64,000 nucleotides of DNA from a virus (taxonomy: Duplodnaviria > Caudoviricetes). The notes beneath the pieces are model-generated. The model did no database searches and had not been told where the DNA came from. It worked only from the letters and a program-made list of their open reading frames with translations. Position numbers and translations under genes: made by a program. Positions 8,812 to 18,220 of the stretch are shown piece after piece. Where the stretch lies: IMG/VR virus record IMGVR_UViG_2524614649_000001; one strand, given 5' to 3'. Each line of letters starts with the position of its first letter. Within the stretch, counting starts at the first letter, position 1.

Positions 8812-9884
8812 CACAGCGTCCTCTCAGCACCGTGGAACTTCGTGACGACCGGGAAGCGCGGGACGCCGTCCGGGGTCAGGGCGAAGAACCGGACGGTTAC
8901 GACCTTGTGCTGCTCACCAAGAAGGGAAGCCGCGCGCTCACGAGTTCCGCGGATGCCTGCTCCGAAAACGCGACCATCAGGAAGGCGGCAGCTGACGCGC
9001 TTTGCGACGCCCGCCCAGTTGCCGTTGCCCTCGTCGATCGAAATGACCTCATATTCCGCATCCTGGAACTCCTTCCGCTTCAGCAGGCTCTTCGAACGCT
9101 TCTGCTCGTAGAGCGCGTCGAGGCGGACCATCTGGCCTTCGTAACCGGCTTCGAGCCAGCGGCCGTAGAGCTCATCAAGCTCCACCGCGCTCTGCACCAG
9201 GACGGTTTCGACCGGGACGATCCAGCCGCAGGCGAGCGACTTGAACATCGTCGCCAGATCGTCCGCGCGGAAGCGGAACGGGCTGTTGCCGACCGAGGGC
9301 ACGTCGTAGACGTGATACTGCATCACGGCTTCCGCCTTCTCGAGGTCGGCCGCCGACGGCTTGGCCTTGCGGACGATCGAGCTGATCTCGCCGAAGTCAT
9401 CCTTCAGGTCGTGGTTGTAGAGCTCGCCGTCGAGGATCAGGCCGGGGTTGGCCTCGAACAGCGGCGCGAGCGCGGCGTGGATATGCGGCACGGCGGTGAT
9501 CGGCTTGCCCTGGCGGGAGAACATGCCGTCCTTGGTCGTGATGCAGCGGATGCCGTCCAGCTTCGGCTGGGCGAAGACCGGGAACGAGGTCGGCGCATAT
9601 TCCTTCGCCAGCATCGGCTTGAAGAAGTGCGCGCCGCCGTCCGTCGCCTCGATCGTGCGATGATATTCGCGCGTCAGCTTGTTGTCGTAGGCCGACTTGA
9701 TCTCGAAGTTGGCCTGCGCCTCGTCGGTCGACTGGCTGGCGGCTTTGGCCTGCGTCCAGCCGGTCACCGCGAGGGTGCCGTCGACGAGGCCGGAGTGGAC
9801 GCGGTAGCGCGAGCCGTCCTGCTCGATGAACCAGGTCCGGAGCCGGCCCTGGCTATCACGCTTGTAGATGCGATCGTGGTTCAT
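8811..9884 (-). CDS. ATP-dependent DNA ligase
   Basis: KPMLAK, QPKLDGIRC (adenylation KxDG), LDGELY, YEGQMVR, LLKRKEF motifs. Confidence 0.95.
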   Translation of the reverse strand: MNHDRIYKRDSQGRLRTWFIEQDGSRYRVHSGLVDGTLAVTGWTQAKAASQSTDEAQANFEIKSAYDNKLTREYHRTIEATDGGAHFFKPMLAKEYAPTSFPVFAQPKLDGIRCITTKDGMFSRQGKPITAVPHIHAALAPLFEANPGLILDGELYNHDLKDDFGEISSIVRKAKPSAADLEKAEAVMQYHVYDVPSVGNSPFRFRADDLATMFKSLACGWIVPVETVLVQSAVELDELYGRWLEAGYEGQMVRLDALYEQKRSKSLLKRKEFQDAEYEVISIDEGNGNWAGVAKRVSCRLPDGRVFGAGIRGTRERAASLLGEQHKVVTVRFFALTPDGVPRFPVVTKFHGAERTL

Positions 9885-10108
9885 GCGTTGTGCCCGTGAA
9901 TTTTGGTGGTGATCTTGCGGATTTCGTCCGCAGCTTTGGCCAGGCTCGCGCCTGCCCGAGGGTTGGGGTTGGTCGGCGCGATCTTGCCGTGCTCGAGGGC
10001 GTCAGCCGCGGTGTCGAGGAAGCGGGCGAAAACGCCCGCCGCCCCGCCACGCTTGATGCGGATGACGATCTCATCGCTCTCGAAGTCGCGAGTGACGTTG
10101 ACGGCCAT
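9881..10108 (-). CDS. hypothetical protein
   Basis: 75 aa, coupled on both sides. Confidence 0.55.
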   Translation of the reverse strand: MAVNVTRDFESDEIVIRIKRGGAAGVFARFLDTAADALEHGKIAPTNPNPRAGASLAKAADEIRKITTKIHGHNA

Positions 10109-10497
10109 CAGTTCAGCTTCGGCCCGAGGGTGCTGACCGCCAGCGAGGTCTCGGTCAGCTCGATTTGGATTTCGAACGCGGTGTCGAGACCCGGGATTTC
10201 ATCGAGCGCGATGCCTTCGCAGAAGTCGTCACCGCCGCAGAGGCTGCGGGCAGTTTCGTAGAAGTCGTCATCGACGCCGGGGTTGCACCCCTTGGCGTAG
10301 ACGACGACACACTTCTCACCTTCGCCGGTCAGCTGCCGCGGATCGGTCGGGGCCATGAGGTAGGCTCCTTGATCCTTGACCAGCATCAGGCTCGGGGCGA
10401 CGGGTTCGCCGTAGACCGATTGACCTTCGGGGTTCGCCCGCGAGTGCGCGATGATCGACTTCAGCGTGTCGTCGACGGGGAAGACGAGCAACCCCAT
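10108..10497 (-). CDS. DUF3085-like protein
   Basis: LMLVKDQGAYLM...VVYAKGCNP...GGDDFCE motif. Confidence 0.75.
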   Translation of the reverse strand: MGLLVFPVDDTLKSIIAHSRANPEGQSVYGEPVAPSLMLVKDQGAYLMAPTDPRQLTGEGEKCVVVYAKGCNPGVDDDFYETARSLCGGDDFCEGIALDEIPGLDTAFEIQIELTETSLAVSTLGPKLN

Positions 10498-10703
10498 CAG
10501 CCGACGTCCTTGTCGCCGGCCAGGTCTTCGAGCCAGCCAAGCCCTTCCTCGACGGCGTCCGGGTCGGCGCGCAGTCGCGTCTGGATTTCCTTGGCGAGGC
10601 CGCGACCGCGGTCATTGAAGAGCTCGACGATGGCGACGAAGACGTCGGCCGCCTGCTCGTCGGTGAGTTCGTAGGTGTTGTCGATGATGTTCTGGACGTT
10701 CAT
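10497..10703 (-). CDS. acidic hypothetical protein
   Basis: ATG 10703 with GGAG SD. Confidence 0.55.
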   Translation of the reverse strand: MNVQNIIDNTYELTDEQAADVFVAIVELFNDRGRGLAKEIQTRLRADPDAVEEGLGWLEDLAGDKDVG

Positions 10704-10717
10704 GTTGGTCTCCAGTT

Positions 10718-10745
10718 GGGGGCGAGGCCATGACTCCTCGCCCCC
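10718..10745. terminator. intergenic hairpin
   Basis: GGGGGCGAGG / CCTCGCCCCC, 10-bp stem. Confidence 0.5.
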
Positions 10746-10753
10746 GGTCGGCG

Positions 10754-11035
10754 TCACGCGACGAGTCGGATTTCGAACTCTTCGGTGACCTGCAGCGGCC
10801 GGAGCTCCAGCGTCTTGCTGTCGCTTTCCAGCCAGAGGCGTGCCCCACACGGCAACGGATCGTGGGGGCGGTAAACGAACTTGCCGACGACCTGTCCGTC
10901 GACGACGAGCTCGACTTCATGGGCGCGCTTGGCGCCCTTGTAGTTGCGAACGATGATGGGCGGCTCCAGCTCGCCGTCAGTGCGCTTGCGGTTGGCCGCG
11001 ATGGCGCACTGGGCGACGTGCAGGACCTGCTTCAC
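10754..11035 (-). CDS. conserved phage hypothetical protein
   Basis: LHV.Q..I.ANRK...PPI.V...HEVE...VY.P.DPL.CGARLW.E motif recalled from many phages. Confidence 0.65.
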   Translation of the reverse strand: MKQVLHVAQCAIAANRKRTDGELEPPIIVRNYKGAKRAHEVELVVDGQVVGKFVYRPHDPLPCGARLWLESDSKTLELRPLQVTEEFEIRLVA

Positions 11036-12267
11036 TCGGTCGGCCCCAGCAGCCAGCGCCAGAAGCCCTTGCGGGTCTCTTTCTGCTCGACGTGGAAGTC
11101 GACGAGATCATACTGGGCTTCCTTGGCCCGCCCATCCGGATGCCAGCCGCGGGTGACCCAACGGCCACACTCCAGAACCTGGCCGACCGCACCGGTGTCG
11201 AACACCTTGTCGACCCGCGCCAGCGAGCCGTTGCGGAGCCGGAACTTGACGCCCTCTTCGGGCTCGACCGTCTCGACGACATCATCCAGCAGCTCGACAA
11301 GGTCGAACGGATGGTTGTCCTGACAGTCCGAGAAGAACCCTCCCTCCGTCCAGGTTTGCTCTTCCCCGTCGAGCCTGCCGGAGATCGGGTAGTAGAAGTC
11401 ACCCTCATCAATCGCATCGATATAGGCGATCGAGCCGCCGCGGGTCCGATAACGCTCGCCGACACGGATGTCTTCAAGGCCGTCGGCGTCGTCATGACTG
11501 TAGCTGTAGTCGTAGCTCGACACCGGGCTCGGGAAGAAGTCCTTCGCCTTGGCCGGCGGGATTTCGCCGACGACCTCGTAGCGGCAAGCGCGGCCCTTCG
11601 AGACGTTGTAGTCGCGCGGGAACGCGACGACGTCCTTGGGGTGCAGCTTGACGACCAGCACGCGCCGGTTGCCGTTGTAGGCGCCGAACGCGGGGAGGTA
11701 GGCCGTCGAGCAGAAGTGCAGGCCGTAGCTGCAGGTCCGATCGGGGTCCTCGTCGCACTCGTTACGCGGCTGCTCGACGACGTTGCCGATCGAGTTGTCC
11801 ATCGTGCCGGTGTGGCAGTCGGTGTAGTCGGCGTTGACGATCTTCCACGCGAGGATGTCGCCCTCGGGGGTGATCGGCAGACCCGACCGGTCGCACCAGT
11901 CGTAGAGACCCTGCACCGCGCGGCGGCTCGGGTTCTCCATGACCTTCTCGAAGAAGGCCATCAGCGGCTTGGCCATGCCTTCCTGCCCTTCGTCCATGAA
12001 GTGCAGGATGCGGCGGGTGAGCCCGCTGTCGATCGCACGGCCCTTGTAGTAGAGCGTGCGGTCGACGAGCTGGATTTCGCCCTGCATGTAATCGGCGATC
12101 GCGGCCGGCAGGTCCATCAGTCGATAGACCTCGTTGTCGTTACCGGCCTTGAGGGCCGTCACCACCTGGTCGAAGGCGGCGTGGGTGTGGGGCATGGTCT
12201 TCGGGACGAAGTCCTTGCCCAGGATCGTGACCGACGTGTCGGACAGGGTGTAGTGGACGTTGCTCAT
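11032..12267 (-). CDS. rIIB: rIIB-like protein with C-terminal extension
   Basis: ENPS.RAV.GLYDW...LPIT.EG...AWK.V..DY.D.HTG...DEDPDRTCSYGLHFCS..YL...VKLHPKDVV.FP.DYN.SKGRACRYEVV. Confidence 0.9.
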   Translation of the reverse strand: MSNVHYTLSDTSVTILGKDFVPKTMPHTHAAFDQVVTALKAGNDNEVYRLMDLPAAIADYMQGEIQLVDRTLYYKGRAIDSGLTRRILHFMDEGQEGMAKPLMAFFEKVMENPSRRAVQGLYDWCDRSGLPITPEGDILAWKIVNADYTDCHTGTMDNSIGNVVEQPRNECDEDPDRTCSYGLHFCSTAYLPAFGAYNGNRRVLVVKLHPKDVVAFPRDYNVSKGRACRYEVVGEIPPAKAKDFFPSPVSSYDYSYSHDDADGLEDIRVGERYRTRGGSIAYIDAIDEGDFYYPISGRLDGEEQTWTEGGFFSDCQDNHPFDLVELLDDVVETVEPEEGVKFRLRNGSLARVDKVFDTGAVGQVLECGRWVTRGWHPDGRAKEAQYDLVDFHVEQKETRKGFWRWLLGPTE

Positions 12268-14405
12268 TACAGGTTCTCCTGGAAGAGGCGCATGTCGTCC
12301 TCATCCATGATGTGAGACAGAGCGGTGAGGAGGCGCGCGGCCTTCCACTGCTTGCTGCGGAACTGCGTGTTGAGCTCTTCCGGCTTGATGCGGCCGGGGA
12401 GCTTGGCGGTGACGAACTGGGCCAGCTTCAGCTGATGCTGGTCCAGCGGTTCGACGTAGGTCTTGTAGATGCTGAAGATGCGACCGAGCGGCTTCTTCGA
12501 GGTGAAGTCGGTGCCCGGGTGGCGGCGGAAGAAGTCGAAGAGCCAGCGGAGGCTGGAGTTGCTGACCGCGAGGCGAGCCGCGAGGTCCGGATATTTGGCC
12601 AGCTCGGCCTTCTTCCGGTTCTCGAACTCGACCGCATAGTCGGTCCAGTTGCCCTTCGGCAGCTTCTTGGCGTCGCCGGAGTTGACGAACGACAGCTCGC
12701 TCCAGCGGAGCAGCCCCGAGTCCACCTTCTCACGAAGGTCGTCCGGGATGTTGAACGTCTCCATGACGACGAGGATGCCGGTCTCCGGCTGGTCGGCGTA
12801 AGCGATCTCTTCCACACCGTCCTTGCCGTAGGCGCCGGGGTTGATGTTGTTCGAGTTACGGCGCCAGTCGTAGCCACGGGCGGTGGTCCCGTCGTAGCTG
12901 AACATCCGGACCTTCGGACGGTTCAGGTTCTTGCTGTAGGTCCGCTCCATGACCGGCTCCGGCAGCGAAGACGTCAGCACGACCTGGTCATGCGGCGGGT
13001 AGCCCATGCCAGCGACGATCTCGGCCGGCGTCAGCTCGACGTCGACGTCCGGACGGATGACCATCAGGCGCCCGCCGTTCTCGTCGGCGAACTCCTTGAT
13101 CTTCTTGATCGCCTTGTGCTTCGGGGTCTGCGGCAGGTCGTCGATCACCAGCGCGGCGAACCGCCCCGGCTGGAAGCCGTGCTTGCCGGGATATTCGAAC
13201 TTGGCCGACCCGATCTGCTTGATCGTGCCGCCACGGCCGCGGCGCTCCCGGCGAGCGTCGATTTCCCAGACGGTGAAGCCGCTGACGTCGACCAACTTCT
13301 TCTCACCCCAGCTGGTCTCGCGCTGGGCGAGCATCGGAAAGGCCAGGCTGGTCTCGAGCTTCGCGCCTTTCCACTTCGCATGCTCCGACAGGAACTTGGC
13401 CCGTGCGCTGTAGTGGTTGTCGCCGAGCTCATTATGCAGGGCGACGGCGGCTTCCCACGGGCTGTCGATGTGGTCGAACATGGTCGAGAAGCTCTCGGCC
13501 ACCTCTTCGATCACCGCCTCACAGGCGAGACGGATCGCCTCGATCGTGCGGTCGTCATAGCTGAGGGCTTCACGCGACAGCGCGACCGAGCAGGTGCCGA
13601 TCGGCAGGCGCAGGTCCAGGCCGTATTCGAGCAGCTTGCGGGCGGCGCTGTCCTCGGGGAACTTGTAGGTGAGGTTGCTCGCCGACACCGGGTAGAGGAT
13701 GCCACCCATGATGACGTTGAGCGCGCCTGCGTTCTGACGCATGCCCCAGGTCTTGCCCTTCGAGACGTAGGCCGGCGGGGTGAACCCGCCGCCGACGGCG
13801 TTCTTCACCTCGGGCAGCGGCTCGAAGTAGCGCAGCGCCTCGAACGCCGCTTCCTCGAACGTGGTGAAGTCTTCCGGCTTGACCGGGAAGCTCACCTCGA
13901 CGCCGTTCGGCTGGTCGGTGACGCGCTGGCCGAGCAGGCCGATCGCCGGGATGCCGTCGTCGTCCTTGAACACCGAGTAGGCGCTCTCGACGCCGTCGAA
14001 CCTTGAGGTCACGGTGTATTGGTCGACATAAGCAAATGGCGATTTGCTGCCGATGCCGAAGCCGCCGATCGCTTCGTTCGAGCTGTCCTTGGTCGAGCCG
14101 TCGGCGTAGCACATGAACGACGTCATCATGAAGTCGTGGCTCATGCCCAGGCCGTGGTCGCGGACGCGGAACACGGGGTCGAGCAGGGTTGGGAGCCACA
14201 CCTCGATCGGCAGGTCGGGCTTGCCGGCCATGACGTGGCTGTCCAGTGCGTTGGCGGCCAGCTCGCGGCAGATGGCGCGCGGCTTGTTGGCGTAGGTCTG
14301 GTCGGCGAAGAAGTTGAAGATCTTCGGCGACGTCTTGATGGTGGCTCGGGCGACCTGCTGGACGCCGTTCGTCACAATGGTGCGATTTTCTTTGTCGAGA
14401 AGCAT
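12267..14405 (-). CDS. rIIA: rIIA-like protein (N-terminal GHKL/HATPase domain)
   Basis: YANKPRAICRELAANALDSH...RDHGLGM...STKDSSNEAIGGFGIGSKSPFAY; adjacent to rIIB. Confidence 0.9.
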   Translation of the reverse strand: MLLDKENRTIVTNGVQQVARATIKTSPKIFNFFADQTYANKPRAICRELAANALDSHVMAGKPDLPIEVWLPTLLDPVFRVRDHGLGMSHDFMMTSFMCYADGSTKDSSNEAIGGFGIGSKSPFAYVDQYTVTSRFDGVESAYSVFKDDDGIPAIGLLGQRVTDQPNGVEVSFPVKPEDFTTFEEAAFEALRYFEPLPEVKNAVGGGFTPPAYVSKGKTWGMRQNAGALNVIMGGILYPVSASNLTYKFPEDSAARKLLEYGLDLRLPIGTCSVALSREALSYDDRTIEAIRLACEAVIEEVAESFSTMFDHIDSPWEAAVALHNELGDNHYSARAKFLSEHAKWKGAKLETSLAFPMLAQRETSWGEKKLVDVSGFTVWEIDARRERRGRGGTIKQIGSAKFEYPGKHGFQPGRFAALVIDDLPQTPKHKAIKKIKEFADENGGRLMVIRPDVDVELTPAEIVAGMGYPPHDQVVLTSSLPEPVMERTYSKNLNRPKVRMFSYDGTTARGYDWRRNSNNINPGAYGKDGVEEIAYADQPETGILVVMETFNIPDDLREKVDSGLLRWSELSFVNSGDAKKLPKGNWTDYAVEFENRKKAELAKYPDLAARLAVSNSSLRWLFDFFRRHPGTDFTSKKPLGRIFSIYKTYVEPLDQHQLKLAQFVTAKLPGRIKPEELNTQFRSKQWKAARLLTALSHIMDEDDMRLFQENL

Positions 14406-14425
14406 TTTGGCAATATCCTGTTGAT

Positions 14426-14491
14426 CCGGTGGGACGACTGTCCCACCGGGCGCGGTTTGTTGAGATGCTGTGGAGGAAGTGACTTAGTCGG
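14426..14491. promoter_or_regulatory. hairpin plus partial GTGAC site upstream of rIIA
   Basis: CCGGTGGGAC-GACT-GTCCCACCGG (14426-14449), then GTGACTTAGTC at 14479. Confidence 0.5.
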
Positions 14492-14680
14492 TTGCGAGAC
14501 GGGGCCGGCGGGTCAGGTGCCAGTCCAGGTGATCCGCACTGAGCGGCTTCTCATTGTCGTTGTCGAAGTCGCTATCGATCGTGTCGCGGCTGAAGTTCTT
14601 GACTTGGGAGCCCATGAAAAATGAGCGACGGGCGTGATAGGCTGAGGTCGACGACGGACGGGTCATGATGACGTTCACGG

Positions 14681-14962
14681 CTAGTCCTCGTCGCCCGTCT
14701 TGAGGACCAGCTGGCTTTCCAACCACTCGCCACCGTCGACGTCGATGAAGACGCGCTCCATGACGTAGCCGCCGTTGGTGGCGTCGCGGGTGACCTGCTT
14801 CTGGCCGTCCCAGTCGACGTCGGTGCCGGTGCCGTCGTAGTCGAAGTCGTAGGTGCCGTCGTCCTTGCGGGTGACGGTCCCTTCGCGGATGCCGCACGAC
14901 CCGGGGATGGTCTCGAGCGTGCGGTCGATGAGGCGCCCGTTCGGGGCGTAGAGGTCAGCCAC
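14681..14962 (-). CDS. acidic hypothetical protein
   Basis: 93 aa, phage-like codon usage. Confidence 0.6.
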   Translation of the reverse strand: MADLYAPNGRLIDRTLETIPGSCGIREGTVTRKDDGTYDFDYDGTGTDVDWDGQKQVTRDATNGGYVMERVFIDVDGGEWLESQLVLKTGDED

Positions 14963-15392
14963 GGAGCAACGCCTCGAGGCGGGCCGTCGTGTCTTCGATC
15001 ACGACCCGGTCCTTGAAGATCGCCACCGCGCCGCCGCCGAAGGCGTCGAGCCGGTCGCTGCTGCAGTCATTGGCATACTGGAAGCCAATCGGCAGCTCGG
15101 GCTGCAGCACGACGCGCAGCACGTTGGCGATCGCCCACGGGTTGGCCTGGTAGCCACTGATGACCAGCTCACCGCCGCCGTAGGTGGCGTCGGCATCGCA
15201 CGAGAACCAGAGGTCGTCGGCCGCCTGATCGTAGATGTTGGCGGCGAAGTCCTCGATCGGCCCGAACGCTGCGCGCAGCTCATCGGGATAGGGCTCGTCG
15301 TCGCCGGAGAAGTTCAGCGCCAGGTCGACGAGGGCGGCCTGCTCGGCCGTGCAGGGCACGGCGAAACAGAGCTTGGTGAAATAATCAGCCAT
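14955..15392 (-). CDS. conserved phage hypothetical protein
   Basis: MADYFT...YA.DCS..RLDAFGGGAV.I motif. Confidence 0.65.
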   Translation of the reverse strand: MADYFTKLCFAVPCTAEQAALVDLALNFSGDDEPYPDELRAAFGPIEDFAANIYDQAADDLWFSCDADATYGGGELVISGYQANPWAIANVLRVVLQPELPIGFQYANDCSSDRLDAFGGGAVAIFKDRVVIEDTTARLEALLRG

Positions 15393-15768
15393 AGATGACG
15401 TCTCCGAAGAGGCAGCACTGGAGGAAGACGTCGTGGGTGTCCGCGTCGTCGTTCTCGCTCGTCATGTCGGCGAAGTGCCGGGCGTATTTCTCGGCCATGA
15501 CCCGAAGGCCGTTGGTGACCGAGGCGGGCTCAAGGGTGTAAAGGGCGTCATCGGGCACCGCGATGGTGACCTTGAAGTCCTCGGCGAAGACGTTGCGCTT
15601 GCTGTTGCCATACCAGACGACGCCGTCGTCGGGCAGCTCGGCGTAGGCAGGGCGCAGCAGTTCGACCCGGCCGCGGCCGAGCCAGTAATTGGAGCCGCCC
15701 TCGAACGCGCCGACAATCATGTCCTGGACGCGCTGGGGGTCAACAGAGATGGTGGTTTGGTAGGTCAT
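15385..15768 (-). CDS. conserved phage hypothetical protein
   Basis: A.EGGSNYW...DDADT.DVFLQ..LFGDVIYG motif. Confidence 0.7.
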   Translation of the reverse strand: MTYQTTISVDPQRVQDMIVGAFEGGSNYWLGRGRVELLRPAYAELPDDGVVWYGNSKRNVFAEDFKVTIAVPDDALYTLEPASVTNGLRVMAEKYARHFADMTSENDDADTHDVFLQCCLFGDVIYG

Positions 15769-15959
15769 TCGGACAGGTCCACAGTTTCAAAGGAACCGAT
15801 CATGAGCCCGAGGTCGCCTTGAAAGGTCTCGGCGACTTCGAACACATTGGCGGAATTGGCGGGGTCATTGTCCCGCTGGATGATGAGGGCGCGAGCCGCG
15901 GCCTCGGTTGCATTGTCGGCGTCGATGTCGATCTCCCACCGGACGCGGAAGTTAGGCAT
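15765..15959 (-). CDS. hypothetical protein
   Basis: F.V.WEIDIDA...EAA..A pattern. Confidence 0.6.
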   Translation of the reverse strand: MPNFRVRWEIDIDADNATEAAARALIIQRDNDPANSANVFEVAETFQGDLGLMIGSFETVDLSE

Positions 15960-16146
15960 CCGGCGCCTCCAGCTTGTCAGCCTCGGTCACCAGCTGCGCG
16001 GCCAGTTTCCTGGCCTCTGCCGGCGAGATGCAGCCGCCCCCGGCGTCGCCGCCGCGGGGGCCGTAGAGTGAGAGATGGATTTCGGGCTTGTCGTAATTCG
16101 CCCAACCCAAGGTGGTGACGGCGGCGTAGCCGCGGCGGTTGGTCAT
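15952..16146 (-). CDS. hypothetical protein
   Basis: ATGA coupling. Confidence 0.55.
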   Translation of the reverse strand: MTNRRGYAAVTTLGWANYDKPEIHLSLYGPRGGDAGGGCISPAEARKLAAQLVTEADKLEAPDA

Positions 16147-16433
16147 GCGACCAGCTCCATTTCGTTGATGTTGACCCACCAGCGGCCCCAGTCATGTTCC
16201 TGGACGAAGTCGTCGTCATCGCCGTAGCGGTCGACGAGGTCATCCCAATTCTCGGCAGTCGGTTTCAGGTGGACGAGCAGCGGGTGGTTAGCGTTCTTGA
16301 TTGCCCAATAGGCCTTCAGGAACATCTCGGTCAGCTCGACGGCTTTCGCCGTCGCGCCTTCCAAGGTGGCGTGCACCGATTGCGGGTAGAAGGGGTCGAA
16401 GGGGTGCTCCCCGTCGACGATGTAGACGATCAC
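16143..16433 (-). CDS. hypothetical protein
   Basis: 96 aa, coupled to neighbours. Confidence 0.6.
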   Translation of the reverse strand: MIVYIVDGEHPFDPFYPQSVHATLEGATAKAVELTEMFLKAYWAIKNANHPLLVHLKPTAENWDDLVDRYGDDDDFVQEHDWGRWWVNINEMELVA

Positions 16434-16888
16434 TGGCCAACCGCCACGACCGGCCGGCCGTCGCCGCTGCAGCAGATCAGCTTCTCACCCGGCTCGAGCA
16501 TCGAGATGGCTTCGTGATAGGTGGCCTCAAACGTCGACATCCCGTCGATCGAGTAGAGGCCCTTCGCTTGATGGGCCGACACCGACCAGTCCCCGTAGAA
16601 CTTGCCGTCGTAGACGACCAAGCCGTCATCGACCGGCAGGAAGATGTCGAACTCATCGCGCACGACGGCGTTCGCGTGGCGGGCACGGAACTCGTTGTCG
16701 CGCTCGATTTCCTCGGGGAACATGATGGCGGTCTCGGCGCGCGGCAGCGCGAACTTGATGTCGCAGCCGTAGGTGCCGTGGACATATTCGACCGGGCCGA
16801 TCGTCGGGCCGTTGAAGCCCCAGCCGTCCATGTCGCTGTCCTTGGCGTCGCGGCCGTGGAAGAGGTGCAGGTAGAGCTCGGCCATCAT
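16430..16888 (-). CDS. hypothetical protein
   Basis: LYLHLFHGR...MD.WGF.GP.IGP...GLVVYDGKFYGDWSV. Confidence 0.65.
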   Translation of the reverse strand: MMAELYLHLFHGRDAKDSDMDGWGFNGPTIGPVEYVHGTYGCDIKFALPRAETAIMFPEEIERDNEFRARHANAVVRDEFDIFLPVDDGLVVYDGKFYGDWSVSAHQAKGLYSIDGMSTFEATYHEAISMLEPGEKLICCSGDGRPVVAVGQ

Positions 16889-17157
16889 TCGCTCTCCGAG
16901 ATGTCTTCGAGCGTGAGCTCCTGGTCGGCGATCGTCATGGCCGGCGAGAGGTTGAACTCGTCGCTTTCGGCCAGCTGGTCGAACGGGGCACCGGTCATGG
17001 CGACGCCGTCGCCCAGCCACTGGTAGTCGCTGTGAAATTCGATGCCGGTGTTGCCGTTGGTGATTTCCTTCAGCTGCGACAGCGCGTCTTCGGCGCTCTC
17101 GGCGTTGAAGTAGACGGTGGCGTAGAGCTGGATGTCAGCTTGGAAGAGTTTGGTCAT
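16885..17157 (-). CDS. acidic hypothetical protein
   Basis: ATGA coupling. Confidence 0.6.
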   Translation of the reverse strand: MTKLFQADIQLYATVYFNAESAEDALSQLKEITNGNTGIEFHSDYQWLGDGVAMTGAPFDQLAESDEFNLSPAMTIADQELTLEDISESE

Positions 17158-17510
17158 AGCGTGCAAATCTCCGCGTTGTTGCGGGCACGTTCGATCGCGC
17201 CGTGGGCAAGCAGGAGTTGATGGGCGAGGGGCAGCTGTTCGAACTGCTCCTCGATCTTGAGGGATGCGTCGAGGTAGGATGGCAGCACCGGGGCTGGCAC
17301 TGCCCGCGGTGCTGCCTCGGGCGCCGAGCCGCCCGATAGGAAATCATTCTCGACGCTCGCGGCGCCGATCTGGTCATAGAGGCCGTTGATGAAGTGCATC
17401 AACCCCGCCTTGTCGGTCGGGATGTCGATCTGTTCGAAGTCGCGGTCGATCGCCTTGGCGTCGGCTTGGGTGCCGCGCAGGGTGTTGCCGTTGCAGAGGT
17501 AGAAGATCAC
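17154..17510 (-). CDS. hypothetical protein
   Basis: GTQADAK...IDIPTDKAGL..FIN motif. Confidence 0.6.
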   Translation of the reverse strand: MIFYLCNGNTLRGTQADAKAIDRDFEQIDIPTDKAGLMHFINGLYDQIGAASVENDFLSGGSAPEAAPRAVPAPVLPSYLDASLKIEEQFEQLPLAHQLLLAHGAIERARNNAEICTL

Positions 17511-17511
17511 G

Positions 17512-17937
17512 TCAGTCGACCAGCTCGAATGGCGGCAGCGGGGCGGCCGCCTTGTCGAAGTGCTCGAGCACCTTTTCGTACGAGCCGAGCTCTTCGATCT
17601 CGCCGCGGGACAGGCACGGGCCGTTCTCGCCGGTCGTCTCGAAGGTCTCGCCGGTCGCGGCGTAATAGCGGCGGTTGATGCGGTCCCAGTCGGGGCCGCT
17701 GCCGCAGCTGTAGTCGTAGTCGAGCCCGCGCTCCTTCGCGAAGTCCTCGAGCTCGTCCAGGTCGCCGAAGTTGACGCTGTCCGAGGCCAGCTGCTCGCCC
17801 AATTCGTCGATGACGGTTTCGCCGCCGCACATGTCGACGGTCAGATATTTGTCGTTCACGAGCTCGAGCAGCTCGGGGGCGTGCTCGCGCTTCAGCTTTC
17901 CGCCGAACTGGATGCCGGCGTAGATATATTCGCCCAT
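17512..17937 (-). CDS. acidic hypothetical protein
   Basis: ATG 17937 with GGAG SD. Confidence 0.6.
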   Translation of the reverse strand: MGEYIYAGIQFGGKLKREHAPELLELVNDKYLTVDMCGGETVIDELGEQLASDSVNFGDLDELEDFAKERGLDYDYSCGSGPDWDRINRRYYAATGETFETTGENGPCLSRGEIEELGSYEKVLEHFDKAAAPLPPFELVD

Positions 17938-17938
17938 G

Positions 17939-18220
17939 TCAGGCTCCTGCGGGCGGCCAGATGGTCTGGCCGTCGATGATTTCGTCGGGACCGTCGAAGG
18001 TCGGCAGGTCCCCGTCGATGAAGATGCCGAGTGCCTCGGCTTCGGAGTGGGTAAGATCGCGCTCGTCGTCACCCGATTGGATGGCGATGACGTCCCACAC
18101 CCTGACGATGTCACCGTTCGGCAGGCGGACGCCCGAGCCGGTCTCGGTCAGTTCCGAGCCGACCGGAGCGACCAGCGCGCCGCGCAGCGCCCAGTTGAAG
18201 GTGACGCTCTGGTCGCTCAT
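17939..18220 (-). CDS. hypothetical protein
   Basis: 93 aa, coupled. Confidence 0.6.
   Translation of the reverse strand: MSDQSVTFNWALRGALVAPVGSELTETGSGVRLPNGDIVRVWDVIAIQSGDDERDLTHSEAEALGIFIDGDLPTFDGPDEIIDGQTIWPPAGA

Noticed and set aside
14484-14680. Short ORF(s) upstream of rIIA
   Set aside because: Start and frame are ambiguous with no clear SD; not confidently a gene.
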